64,000 nucleotides of DNA from Naegleria gruberi (lineage: Eukaryota). Where the stretch lies: NCBI GenBank assembly GCA_000004985.1, contig GG738852.1. One strand, 5' to 3'. This document shows positions 33,309-45,008 of this stretch, piece by piece. The notes below the pieces were generated by a model. That model saw only the letters and a program-made list of their open reading frames with translations. It was not told the origin of the DNA and did no database searches. Position 1 is the stretch's first letter. The number at the start of each line of letters is the position of its first letter. The translations under genes were made by a program, and so were the position numbers.

Positions 33309-35147
33309 TTATTCTTGTTGTTGATTCTTTAAAAATCTTTCATACTTTTCATAGTAAAGAGTATTGTCTGAATATTTTCTTCCTCCGTTATGTTCACAAA
33401 CCTGAATGAGTTTTTCAAATAACTCCTTAGCTTGAGTTGTATTCTTCAAAGTATTCATTGAGAATTTTGCATATTGATAAAGACTATTCTTCACAGCTGT
33501 GAATTCGTGGAATTCATCAGACAAGTCGAAATTACAAGCTTTCTTAAAGTGAGTTTCAGCCAATTTGAAATTTTCAAGTTTGACAAGAGTCAGTGCCAAA
33601 TTAGAGTGAACCTCCAAAGAATCTGAATCAAGTTCCAAAGCTCTTTGATACATGCTCTTAGCTTCCTCATATTTACCTTCTTCGAATAAGAATGAAGCAT
33701 AATTATTGAATAAATTAACGTGAGAGTCATTTGGAGCAATCTTTTCGTGTTCATCATAGGCCTTAACAGCTTCATCGAAAGCCTTCTTGGCATCAATGTT
33801 ATTTCCACACATTCTTTCAGAGACAGCATAGTTCATCAAGATGGCACAGGATTGGAATGGATTGAGTTGGAGTGATCTCTTCAAATTGTCTCTTGCTCTC
33901 TTAAATATGGCGCTAGAATTCTTTGGATCGTTAACTGCTTGAGCCATTGACACCATACCATAACTAGACATGGACATGTAATCATTTGGTACAATTGACA
34001 TGGCTTGTTCTAATAATTTAGTAGCTTCCTCAACATCTCCTTCTTCTTCAAACAAATACATGGCATAATTTCTCAAATTGTTAACATGAGTTGGTTTAGC
34101 AGCGATAGCATCAATAAAGAATTGTTTAGCTCTCAAGAGGTCACGTTTAACATTTCTATAGAAGACAGCAATATCACCCATAACATCAGGATCATTTGGA
34201 TTGTATTGAGCAAGGAGTAAGTAGCACTTTTCTGCCATTTCAATATCTCCAGTATACTCATAAATAGTTGCCAACATTAAAATACTTCTCTCATCACTTG
34301 GCTTTGAGACCATTGAACGCAAGACGTATGATTCAGAGAGTTCAAAATTTCTCAAAGTTTCATCATGGAAATAAATCATGGCCAAACACATGGATGAAAT
34401 AAAGTCAACTCTCAAAATACGTTCTGAAAGGTCAGCAATATTCGTAATTCCATATTTTTCAGCCAAAATCTTCTTGGCTTCATCAGTTTCAATTAATTCG
34501 GCTATTCTTTCCTTAATCTTTGCTAAAAGCTTATTATTACCATGAGGTGAGTGTTCGAGTGCGTTCTTAACATATTCAGATGATTTAAATCTCTTCAAGA
34601 AAAGTTCCTTATATAATTTAGTTGATTCCAATAATAATTCCACACACAATTGTCTATCTTGTCCATCAGGTTTACAGCTTTGTCCATAATATCCATAGAG
34701 AATGCAATCAATAAGCATGTCATATTTAGTTCTTACAGAGGCCTTCTTGAGTCCTAACTTCTCTTCTCTTGGCAAAATTTGTGTATGCCATGATCTCAAA
34801 TAAAGTTTGGCACTATCAACATCTCCATGTTTAGAGAATAAACGAAAAACTGCTTCAATAACTTCTTTCTTTGCTTCTCCCAATTCAAATTCTCCAAAAA
34901 CAACTTCCTTTGGTTGTTCAGATTCAACATTATTGGATACTAATTTTGAAGTGTGGAATGCTCTGGTTTGGAAAAGTTGATTTGAAGAAGGAATGAATTT
35001 AATTGCTTTGCCACCATATTGTTGAGTGATGATATTATTGGATCCAATCAAAATTGATGAGGCCTCTCTTCCGTGATGCTGACCACTCTTCAAAAAGCGA
35101 AAAGCAGAGGAAGAACAAAGGCGTGAGGATAATCTCTTTCCTAACAT
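33309..35147 (-). CDS. TPR-repeat protein with mitochondrial-presequence-like N-terminus
   Basis: 612 aa with ATG at 35145-35147. N-terminus MLGKRLSSRLCSSSAFRFL. The C-terminal 450 aa are repeated 34-residue TPR-like units (AEKCYLLLAQYNP, YEEAKSMYQRALELD...). Confidence 0.6.
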   Translation of the reverse strand: MLGKRLSSRLCSSSAFRFLKSGQHHGREASSILIGSNNIITQQYGGKAIKFIPSSNQLFQTRAFHTSKLVSNNVESEQPKEVVFGEFELGEAKKEVIEAVFRLFSKHGDVDSAKLYLRSWHTQILPREEKLGLKKASVRTKYDMLIDCILYGYYGQSCKPDGQDRQLCVELLLESTKLYKELFLKRFKSSEYVKNALEHSPHGNNKLLAKIKERIAELIETDEAKKILAEKYGITNIADLSERILRVDFISSMCLAMIYFHDETLRNFELSESYVLRSMVSKPSDERSILMLATIYEYTGDIEMAEKCYLLLAQYNPNDPDVMGDIAVFYRNVKRDLLRAKQFFIDAIAAKPTHVNNLRNYAMYLFEEEGDVEEATKLLEQAMSIVPNDYMSMSSYGMVSMAQAVNDPKNSSAIFKRARDNLKRSLQLNPFQSCAILMNYAVSERMCGNNIDAKKAFDEAVKAYDEHEKIAPNDSHVNLFNNYASFLFEEGKYEEAKSMYQRALELDSDSLEVHSNLALTLVKLENFKLAETHFKKACNFDLSDEFHEFTAVKNSLYQYAKFSMNTLKNTTQAKELFEKLIQVCEHNGGRKYSDNTLYYEKYERFLKNQQQE

Positions 35148-35290
35148 TTTTTTTGTATTATTAATAATATTATTATTGTTTATTATTGTTTATTATTAGA
35201 AGGGTTCAATGAAAGTCATGTAACAATAATAAACTAGTTAAATAATATTTAATAACATGCAATAATAATAATAATTTAATTTTATTGGAT

Positions 35291-36028
35291 TTATTCAATC
35301 TTCTTAGACTTCTTCTTTGGAGTAGAAGTGGATGGGGAGGACTTACCAGCCTTTCTTTCTTCATCTCTCTTGGCATAGATCATTGCAGTGAATGGTTCTT
35401 CGAACAAACAAGCAAACTTGTACATGACAAAGACACAGATAGCCATTAAAATACCAGCTGGTGATGACTTAACCAAGGAGTGACCAAGGAACCATAAAGT
35501 AGAACCATTGTACATTGGATTGTCAGTAACATTGAATGGGAAAGAGGTAATTCTATCTTCCATGAGAATACCAAAGTAGTCTATTAATTATTATTATTAT
35601 TAAATTTGCCACAATAGTATATTATCATCATGATAACAACAAGAAGATAAATACAACAAGTGAAAATAAAACATACCACCAAGATAAGTACCAGTAATAC
35701 CCAATTGATAATAGGCACCCATAACAAGGAGAGAACCGATAACTTGCAAAGCATAACCACCATACATAATTTCAGTAGCATATTGGGAAGCAAAGATTGG
35801 TTGAGTTTCGAGAGCCTTATTGAAAATATAATCTCTGAACAAGGAGAAGCCGAAAACATAAACAGCCAAAATATAACATCCCAAATACTTGTTTCCACAG
35901 GCCAATTTAGTGAGCAAGTGAGTATAATATTCGATACGAGCCAAAATGTTCCAAATAATTGGAGTGATAATGATCACACCAATTGAAATGAACAAATTCT
36001 TATCGGAAAAGTCGATTAATTGATCCAT
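35291..36028 (-). CDS. Phosphatidylethanolamine / phospholipid N-methyltransferase (PEMT/PLMT family); 2 exons
   Basis: Exons 35677..36028 and 35291..35580 (minus strand), joined by a 96-nt GTATGT..AG intron (35581..35676), phase 1. The spliced product reads ...[41 protein letters not shown]..., the PEMT signature. ATG at 36026-36028. Confidence 0.75.
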
Positions 36029-36271
36029 TGTGATGATGAGGATATTTTTTGTTCGCTTTTGCAAAATTTGTGTTCAACTTTTTTCCGCTATTTTGTGAAG
36101 ATTGGATGACGTCATGTGAAATCACCTATTGAATTGATTGGATAACGCTCACAAACGATATTGGTTCCAATTTTTATTAATTATTGTTAATAAAACAATA
36201 ATGAACATAAATATATATGTTGAATTGTTTTGAGTGCAAATAATAAGGAATGTTATGGTACTCCCAACGAG

Positions 36272-36352
36272 CGGTCTTGACCGAGTGGTTAAGGTGATTG
36301 ACTAGAAATCAATTGGGGCGACCCGCACAGGTTCGAATCCTGTAGACCGCGA
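36272..36352 (+). tRNA. tRNA-Ser (anticodon AGA, decodes UCU), long variable arm
   Basis: GCGGTCTTGACCGAGTGGTTAAGGTGATTGACTAGAAATCAATTGGGGCGACCCGCACAGGTTCGAATCCTGTAGACCGCG. Acceptor stem GCGGTCT/AGACCGC. D-loop GAGTGGTTAAGG. Anticodon loop CTAGAAA. T-arm GGTTCGAATCC. No encoded CCA. Followed by a T-run. Confidence 0.85.
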
Positions 36353-36354
36353 AT

Positions 36355-36360
36355 TTTTTG
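36355..36360 (+). terminator. RNA polymerase III terminator (T6) immediately 3' of tRNA-Ser
   Basis: TTTTTT begins 3 nt after the discriminator base. Confidence 0.6.
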
Positions 36361-36503
36361 ATTATGCTCAAAATGATGCAATTTTCCTTTGCCTCACCTT
36401 TCATAGTTGTTAGTGTTGTGCGTACAAATGTCCAATTTCTTAGTTCCCTTAAAAAGTCCTCAAAACAAACTTCCCGCCATCTCATGAAAGAGATTTAAAA
36501 AAA

Positions 36504-38469
36504 ATGGGTTATACAGCTACAGCTCCACCTCAATCACAAGTTGCAAGACATCCAGTGATTCAAGGTTTGATCGATTTTTTGCAAAGTCCATTCTGGATTA
36601 ACCCAATTCAAAGTTTTATCGATGAAAATTGTCTTGTATTTGGAGGTGAAGACGAAAATTGTTTAGAACATACAAGTGTTCATGAAAAGTTTAGAGAATT
36701 AATTGAAAACTTGCTCGAATTCCTTGTCGGAGAGATGAATCTGAGTCATGAAGATGTAAGTGTATTATTTGTACAGAACATTATTTAAACTGAATGATGA
36801 AAACAGTTCATCAAGGCTCTTCAATCAGAAACCAATGATGAAACACTCGGACAAGCTCTTGAACACATTATGGCTATGGATGACTTTTTGAGTTTCAAAA
36901 AGATTATGGAGAGAAGAAATTTACAATTGGAATATGAAACAATAGAGTATGTATTCAATCTTGCATTATACTTACTAAAATAATAAGGGAAATGAAAAAG
37001 AGTACCGAGCCAACAACATCTGATGAGTCTAATGAAGATGAAGAACTTCAAAGAGTGTTGGAATTATCTAAGCAAGAGCATGAAGAAAATTTGAAAAGAG
37101 AAAAATCCGTCTCTGAAAGAGAAGAGTATGAAATGGCTGTCGGAGCTTCATTATCAGAACAAGAAAAGTACTTGCAAGAAAGTCAAAGAAGACTCGAACA
37201 AGCTGAACTTGAAATGGCTATTGCCATCTCCTTGTCACTCCAAGAAGAACAAAAGAGAGTAAGTTTTTCCAGAATATCAGTAACCATTCTTATCATTGAT
37301 CTTTAGAGAGAAATGGAAGAAGAAGCTGAAACACTCAGAGTTCAACAAATTGAAGAAGAAAGAAGAAGACAAGATGAGGAAGAAGAAAAGAAACGCCAAG
37401 AGGAAAGAAGATTGGAAGAAGAAAGACAAACGAAACTTCTCCAACAAGTCATGGAGGAGGAAGAAAGAAGAAAGCTTCAAGAACAACTTGAAAGAGAAAG
37501 AAAGGAAAGAGAAGAACAAGAAAGAATCAAGAGAGAAGAGGAACGTTTAAGACTCGAACAATTGAAGAGAGAAGAGGAAATGAGAAGAGAAGAACAAAGA
37601 AAGTTGGAAGAAGCTAGAAGAATCGAGGAAGAAAACAAGAGAAAGGAACAAGAGCAAAAGCTTTTGGAATTGAAGAAACAAGAAGAAGAATCCAAAAAGG
37701 TTCCTGAAGTCAAACCAGAAACTTTCAACTTTAATTTCAGAACCACCAGTAAATCTGAAAAGGAAATTAAGGAAGAATTAGATAGAATTCAAAAGGAAAG
37801 AGAACTTCTCCAAAAATTAATGGCTGAAAAGGAAAAGCAAAAAGAAGAAACAGCTGCCAAGATTTTGGCTAACAATACTACTCCTGAAAGGTACGTTTTT
37901 GTTCATATTTAATCTCAAACTTTTCAAATAGTGCAACCATCAAGAAAGAAATCAAGGAGGGTAAGGAGAGGCTTGTTGAAAAGAAAAAGCAAGAAAGAGA
38001 AGAAAGACTTAAAGAATTCAAGATGAAGCTCACCTTGAAGAAGATTAACACAACTGACAATAGTCCAAAATCAGTCACAGCTTCTCCAACATTCTCAAGC
38101 TCTGCTTCCTCACCAGTTTCATCTGTTGACATTACTACTCCAAAAATCTCAAAGCCTATTGTTTCTCCAATTGTCGTTTCTGCTACCACCTTCACCGAAA
38201 GCCCAGTTCAAACACCAAAGAGTGATTCATCATCCGATGATAGTGATTCAAAGAAGAGAATGATTAGAGAGGCTCTTTCAAAGAGAGTCAAGGACGATCT
38301 CCTCAGACAATCTCAACCAATTTTGGAGCAGCCAAAAACAACTCAACAACAATCTCAAGCACTTCCTGTACAAAATAATGATCACTTGCGATCACTCCTT
38401 AATAATGTTGTTAGAAACTTGAAAAAGACTGTGGATGAAGAAGATTTCCACTTTTCTGAAACCAAGTAA
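36504..38469 (+). CDS. BART (ARL2-binding-protein)-like domain protein with two UIM motifs, a long Glu/Arg/Lys-rich coiled-coil and a Ser-rich tail; 5 exons
   Basis: Exons 36504..36755, 36807..36946, 36988..37258, 37307..37890 and 37932..38469. Four introns of 41-51 nt with GTAAGT, GTATGT, GTAAGT and GTACGT donors; all phases are consistent. BART-like: QGLIDFLQSPFW...FIDENCLVF...KFRELIENLLEFLVGEM. UIMs: EDEELQRVLELSKQE and ELEMAIAISLSLQEEQ. TAA stop at 38467-38469. Confidence 0.55.
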
Positions 38470-38492
38470 GTCAATAAAGAATGAGATGATCT

Positions 38493-39131
38493 TTATTTCT
38501 TTGATGCACCAACCGATATGGCAGCAACTTCAAGACTCACTATAACAATTGAAAAAACTATATTAACTACAAGAGTAATCAGGAATGCAATCCATGCATA
38601 CCTTCCAACTCTTTGTGTCTTCTTATCCTTCTTATTAGCATATTTTAACAAGCGAATGAAGGGAAGACACGAAAGAAAGAACAGCCCAAATAAACTAAGC
38701 ACTATAGATATTACAACCATTTTTGGAAATTGTGCTTTTGCTATTTTTCTTTCTTGCAATTCCTTCTCTTTTTCAATATTCTCCTTGATAAAATTGGCTC
38801 CCTCTGACTTTTCTTGGGTTCCTATAATTTGAATGTTTTCAAAATTGAGATTGGATGGTAATGAGTGTCTACGTTGACCCAATGTTTCTCTTCTTCCATA
38901 TTTCAGTTCTTCATCATTAACAATAGTCATTCTAAAGTTGTTGTTTGGTCGATCTCTTTGGCTGCCACTATTGAATGAATTATCAAAATAAGAACCAACT
39001 CCGTATGAGAATAGAAATGGGTTTTGACTTGGTTGAGTTGTTCCACAACTCGAATCGAGAGGGTTTAGCAGAAACTCTTGGGAAGAAATTGGTAAGCTAC
39101 TGGCAGGAACTGAATCACTTGATTGCATCAT
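38493..39131 (-). CDS. Small protein with two C-terminal TM helices, unknown function
   Basis: 212-aa ORF with ATG at 39129-39131. Hydrophobic MVVISIVLSLFGLFFLSCLPFI and AWIAFLITLVVNIVFSIVIVSL. No family recognised. Confidence 0.4.
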   Translation of the reverse strand: MMQSSDSVPASSLPISSQEFLLNPLDSSCGTTQPSQNPFLFSYGVGSYFDNSFNSGSQRDRPNNNFRMTIVNDEELKYGRRETLGQRRHSLPSNLNFENIQIIGTQEKSEGANFIKENIEKEKELQERKIAKAQFPKMVVISIVLSLFGLFFLSCLPFIRLLKYANKKDKKTQRVGRYAWIAFLITLVVNIVFSIVIVSLEVAAISVGASKK

Positions 39132-39262
39132 TTTTTATTGTTTGGTTAGAGTTCAGAATGTTCTGATATCAATACATTTCACCTTTCTTTCCTTGAAGAT
39201 TGAAACGTTAAAAGAAGAAAAAGTAAAAATGGTCATTATTCAATTTTAAAAGTTTAATATAA

Positions 39263-42205
39263 TTATTCCTTTCTAATGTAGAACAAAACATAGTTAGAAG
39301 AGGCTTTGATTGATTCTGGATTGTGCACTTCAGAAGAACGAGAATCATCAAATTTGTACCACTTTCCATCAATATGATTCTTAGCACATGCAGTATAGTG
39401 ACCTCCACCCAAACCACCAAAGTGATCAGAGACAGCAAACAAATCATACTTCAAATTCAAATCTTTACAATGAACAAAGGAACTAATATCTAAATCTTGG
39501 ATTGGATAATCAATAAAACGATCAATCTTGTCTCTACTATAGGAAGAGAAGGAGAATCTCTTTAAATGAACAACCAAAACATCAGGAGCTTTCCAAATAT
39601 CAAATTTCTTAGTTGCTTCTACATGTTCCTTGCAGCTTGGACAGTACCAAGTATCGTTTGCTCCAAGCTTTTCCTTTGATGTATACAAATCCAAACATTG
39701 ATAAATATTGATGGCTTCACTTTGAGAAATCTTTTGCTTGGTTGATGGGTGTTCCTTGAATCTAGGAAGCTTTTCATAATCCAACATCTTGTCGTGGAAG
39801 AAGGCTGGAATGTGCATAAAGATCGACTTCTTTTCAGTTCTAGCACTGCTATATTTTGGAGCGTAAGGCTTGAATTCAGTTTCATCACAAAGTAAGGCAC
39901 CATCAAAACTACGATCATTGACCTCAAGTCTGCCTCCTTCTTGGTCGAATAAATAGAATATGGAGATATTTTCTTCAACATTTTCTCCAGACTTCAAGGC
40001 TTCAAGCTTTTCTTTAGATGGCAAGAAGTCTTTGAAAGTTAAATTACGTTCCTTCATAGTTTGTTCGATTTCTGCAGCAAATTCATCCTTAACATATCTA
40101 AGCATGTATTGGAAACAATATTCGTAGAGATCTTCATGAGTTGGAACACTGACTTCTTTATCTTCCTTCTTTTCCTCGAAAATTTGTCCCAAAGGAACAA
40201 CAAAAGGTGTACCAATAATTTGGAAGGACTTTCTACCATATTGATTTGCAGTGTGAGAGGACAAGCTGACTTGCAAGAATGGCAATTGTTGTTGAGTGTT
40301 GGAATAGGTTTGTCTGTACAATGAGTGAACATTCTTAGGAAGATTATTCAATTTTTCAACTGCCTTTCCAGATGTTACAAAGTTGGAAACGATTACTTCG
40401 GATGCCTTTGGCAAAATTTGACAGTGAATAATGTCTGCATCTAGAATACCTGAAATAGAGTCACCATCAGAAAGATACTTGTAGACCTTGTTGCTGAAAA
40501 TTTCGTACAATACGCATCTATCATGATCTTCGTTTGTGTTCAAGCCCAAAAGTTCCAAAACATTATCTCTGAGTTGAGAGACTGAACCAGTCTTGGAAAC
40601 TTTACATGTGAGTCTGGTTGGCATGTTGCTAAGCTTTGAAAGATCAGAATCAAGAGTTGACTCAACTTCATTAGGGAAGGTAGAATTGGAAAATACCATA
40701 ACATTAATCAATCTGTTCTTTTCAATTGGGATTGGTAATGACAAATACATGAAAGGATCAAAAATAATAGAAAAATTATCACATTTTGGACAATGAAGTG
40801 TTGACTTCAATTGACCTTGGAATTTGTCAACAATAATAGAATCATTACGTAATTTGTGAACATCCCAAGATTCTTGAGCAACAACAGAATCCTCTCTACC
40901 CTTAGCTTCAACTGGATTTGTGGCTGGTTTCTTTTGAATTCTATTCAAATCTTCATGTAAACCATCCAAAATGAATGAAATCAATTCTTGAGAATCTTGT
41001 TGTTGGTAGCCTGCAAATTGAGGGGCATATTTACCAATGACACGTTTAAAATCATTTGGAGAGAAATATGAATTTTCTCCTGACCACATTTCTTTCATTA
41101 AAGCACCAAATGCAAGAGCTACAGCACCACCCATACCTAATGGATTAGTTTCGTTGATTTCTTTTGAATAGTCATTTTCCAAAAAGTATCTATAGAGAAC
41201 AGGTGAGTGAGTCAAACATTGAAGACCACTGTTCATGAAACAAGTATTACCGAGATTACTCAAACCACATACTCCTGGAGGTGCACTATCGTATCTCTTC
41301 TTTTGTTGTGCTGTTGTTCCACTAATTTGAACCTTGTTATTTGTCATGGATCTAATGGCATTATATGATTCAGCAACTGGAGGTTCAATAATCCAATTTG
41401 GACCAACTTCAACAATAAATCTTTGACCAGTTTTTCGTTCAAGAGCATTTTCCAAAGTTTGATCCTCAACAACTGATAAATCAACTTCCTCGTGAGGAGA
41501 ATTGTAAATTGTTTTCCATAATTTACATTCTCTGCTTTGAATATTAAACTCTCTTTTAACTTGATCCATGACTTGCTTGATGGTGGCATTTTTGGAGAAT
41601 TCAAAGTCAACCCAATCCAGTTGATTTGATGTTGTTTGTAGAGCAACACTAATTTCACAAGGTCTTACTTCAACAGTGTATGAAATTCTGTAGGCTTCAG
41701 GGTTTTGTATAACAGATTTTCTAGGAATAGCAGGACCACCTCCAAACCTTTAACAATAAATTAAATAAAATAGAATGTGAATTACATACCATGAGTGAAA
41801 AAGATTCCAAATATGTTCAGGTATAATTTCATAATCTTGTTGTTCTTGTACTTCGTCTTTAACTCTATAGATACCATCCGATGTTTCATCGACAAGGTGA
41901 GTGTTGTCAATAGTACCTGGAGAGATTTTTGCTGCTTCATCGAAAAACGCTGCTACCCATTTAGCATCAATGACATACCATGTTTCTCCTTCTTGTGAAG
42001 GTACTCCAGGGTGTTTAAGTAGTAATTCCTTGATATGATTAACTTTTTCATCAAGTGTAGTGGCATCACTAGATGATGTAAGTTCAGAGTCCATTGTTGT
42101 AGAGGCAGCAGCAACAGGAGCTCCTGATATATTGTTTGTTTCATCTTCCATTCTATTGTCATCACTGGCTGCAGGTGGTGCAGAGACTTGATCAGCTTGA
42201 GCCAT
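39263..42205 (-). CDS. Ubiquitin carboxyl-terminal hydrolase, USP4/11/15-type (N-terminal DUSP domain + USP catalytic domain); 2 exons
   Basis: Exons 41790..42205 and 39263..41747 (minus strand), joined by a 42-nt GTATGT..AG intron (41748..41789), phase 2, reconstituting W at the junction. Exon 1 DUSP-like: ETWYVIDAKWVAAFFDEAAKI...IPEHIWNLFHSW. Exon 2 has the Cys box GLSNLGNTCFMNSGLQCL and the His box near the C-terminus. ATG at 42203-42205. Confidence 0.85.
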
Positions 42206-42955
42206 CTTTTCCGTATCTTTTCTGTGTTAGTAGTAGTGGTGGGAGAAAGTATAAATTGTACTAAAGATCTTGTTATGTACTAGATTATCCAGGTGAGACT
42301 TTAAAACTAGCCTGTTGATGAAGATGATGTTGGAAAAAAACAACGTCAATAAATTAATTTTGGCTAAAAACTTCGTTGTCTAGGCTAACGTTGTGATCAA
42401 ACAATTTTTTTCAAGTTAACCAGAGGAAGTTTTTTTTAGATTGGAACTTACTGTGAGCAAGCCTTGAATGTTTCTTCATGATGGAATTCAGATAATTATT
42501 GCATGGTTCAATACATCATCAATCCTTTGATAATGTTCTTCTTCAATGCAGAGTGGATGTTGGGTTACAAAATTTGAAACGAATTAAAAATTGAAAATTC
42601 TCAAAGAATCTGTTCTTGAATTGAAGATTGAGTTTCAATGTTAAGCCGTAGAAAATTTTCAATTACTAATACTATACTTTTGTAATTGTCATTTAAATGA
42701 AATTGAAGATCGAACGTTCAAGCAATATTTATTCAATTGTAATCTTGAATAAATATCCAATCTTTCATTCCAACTTTAAGGATTCTCATTATCCTACATA
42801 ACTAATACTTGAATTCTAAATAACACTTTTATTCCTATCTAGCTTGAATGGAGAGGACAAATTGATCACACTCAATTAACTGCTGATGGACTTAATATTT
42901 TGAATAAAAAACGCAAATCCATTATTATATTTTTAATTTCTTCATCTTTAAAAAA

Positions 42956-44270
42956 ATGCCAAAACACCAAAACATCTCCTACTTTTATGATGGAGATGTT
43001 GGTAATTATTACTATGGCCAAGGCCATCCAATGAAGCCACATCGTATCAAGATGACCCACAATTTGTTATTAAATTATGGACTTTATAAACATTTGGAAG
43101 TATATGTAGGTTTTATTATGATTGAAAATAGATTAAATTTTGTATGATGATCAGAGACCTCATCCAGCTTCTGAAGTTGAAATGTGTAAATTCCATGCGG
43201 ATGAATATGTTGAATTCTTGAAAAGAGTTACACCTGATAATATGCATGATTTCCAAAAACAATTACAAGCTTTTAATGTTGGTGAAGATTGTCCAGTATT
43301 TGATGGTCTTTTTGAATTTTGCAAACTTTCTGCAGGTGGTAGTATTGGAGCAGCAGTAAAATTAAACCATGAACAATCAGATATTGCCATCAACTGGGCT
43401 GGTGGTTTGCACCACGCTAAGAAGAATGAAGCCAGTGGCTTTTGTTACATTAATGATATTGTATTGGCTATTTTGGAATTACTTAAATATCATGCACGTG
43501 TTCTTTATATTGATATTGACATTCACCATGGTGATGGTGTTGAGGAAGCTTTTTATACCACAGATCGTGTAATGACAGTTTCTTTCCACAAATTTGGAGA
43601 ACAATATTTCCCAGGAACAGGTGATATCAAGGACATTGGTGCTGGTGCTGGAAAGTATTATGCACTCAACTTCCCACTTAAGGATGGTATTGATGATGAG
43701 AGCTATCTTTCAATTTTCAAACCTGTTATTGAAAAGGTTATGCAAGTTTTTAGACCAGGTGCTGTTGTTCTTCAATGTGGTGCTGATTCTTTAACTGGTG
43801 ATAGATTGGGTTGTTTTAACTTGACAACCAAAGGACATGCTGCTTGTGTAGACTTTGTCAAAACATTTGGCTTACCTCTTCTTGTTTTAGGTGGTGGTGG
43901 TTATACTGTTCGTAACGTTGCTAGATGTTGGACATATGAAACCTCAGTTCTTCTAGGTATTGACATTGAAAGTGAAATGCCATATAATGACTACTTTGAA
44001 TATTTTGGCCCAGATTATAATTTACATCTTCAACCTTCAAACATGGAAAATATGAATTCTCTAGAGTATTTAGAAAAGTATAAGAATATTATTTTGGATA
44101 ATTTGAATCATATCAAAGGAGCACCTTCGGTGCAGATGCAAGAAGTTCCACCTGACACTTATTATGTCAGTGAAGATGAGGATGATGTTGATCCTGATGA
44201 TCGTTTGTCACAAAAGGTTCTTGATAGACATAGAGCTCGTTCTAATGATTTTTATGATGATGACTTGTAA
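42956..44270 (+). CDS. Class I histone deacetylase (Rpd3/HDAC1-like); 2 exons
   Basis: Exons 42956..43105 and 43155..44270, joined by a 49-nt GTAGGT..AG intron, phase 0. The junction ...YKHLEVY|[22 protein letters not shown] matches HDAC1 ...EIYRPHKA.... Catalytic blocks [42 protein letters not shown]. Confidence 0.9.
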
Positions 44271-44327
44271 TCTAATTTAATAACTCTTGTAAATTTAAAT
44301 ATAATTCTTTATTCACACAAATAAAAA

Positions 44328-44963
44328 ATGACCTTTTCCAATAACCTAATCATTCACGTTCATTATGATCACCAACAACAATACCAGAACAATAATCATT
44401 CTTTTCAAGAAGAAGAAATTAAACAATCGGAATCTATTCCATATCATGCAATTTTAACTTTTAATGGAAAACAATATAAATGTAGTGTTGGAAGAAATGG
44501 AATCAATCAAAAGGTTGGTGAGGGCGATGGAATTACACCCATTGGAGAATATTCATTGAGAATGGCCTTTTACAGATCAGATAGGGTTGATCCATCAATT
44601 ATTTCAAAAATTAAAGGAATTCCTCTTATTGAATTGAAAGAAAATTATGGTTGGTGTGATGATATGTTAGATTCACTGCATTACAATAGATTAATACAGC
44701 TTCCTGTATTGGAAGGATTATCGAGTGAAAAATTGTGGAGACAAGATCATTTGTATGACCTTTTTGCAGTAATAGGTTATAATGATAATCCAATTCAATT
44801 AGGAAAGGGAAGTGCAATCTTTTTCCACATTGCATCTGAAAATTATGGACCAACTTCAGGATGTGTTGCCATGCAGAGGGATGATTTAATTGAAGTATTT
44901 TCTAAATTGACTGCCTTTACCATTTTGAAAATTTCACAATCCTCTTATCCTTATCTGAAATAA
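44328..44963 (+). CDS. L,D-transpeptidase (YkuD/ErfK) catalytic-domain protein, bacterial-type; no signal peptide
   Basis: 211 aa with ATG at 44328. GEGDGITPIGEYSL and FFHIASENYGPTSGCVAMQRDDLIEVF fit the YkuD H...(S/T)xGC(I/V)xM catalytic signature. Only 57 bp downstream of the HDAC stop. Confidence 0.55.
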   Translation: MTFSNNLIIHVHYDHQQQYQNNNHSFQEEEIKQSESIPYHAILTFNGKQYKCSVGRNGINQKVGEGDGITPIGEYSLRMAFYRSDRVDPSIISKIKGIPLIELKENYGWCDDMLDSLHYNRLIQLPVLEGLSSEKLWRQDHLYDLFAVIGYNDNPIQLGKGSAIFFHIASENYGPTSGCVAMQRDDLIEVFSKLTAFTILKISQSSYPYLK

Positions 44964-45008
44964 ATTTCAACTTGTTTAAATAAAATTTAGTTTTTAATAA
45001 ATTACATT

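Noticed and set aside
38466-38471. GTAAGT immediately overlapping the stop codon of the BART/UIM gene, suggesting a further intron
   Set aside because: The downstream sequence is occupied by a minus-strand gene and no in-frame acceptor/exon follows. I treat TAA at 38467-38469 as the genuine stop.
42296-42400. Possible C/D-box snoRNA (tgatga C-box-like repeats and a tagcct/aggcta terminal complementarity) in the USP-HDAC spacer
   Set aside because: No CUGA D box in the expected position next to the 3' stem, so the canonical architecture is not met.
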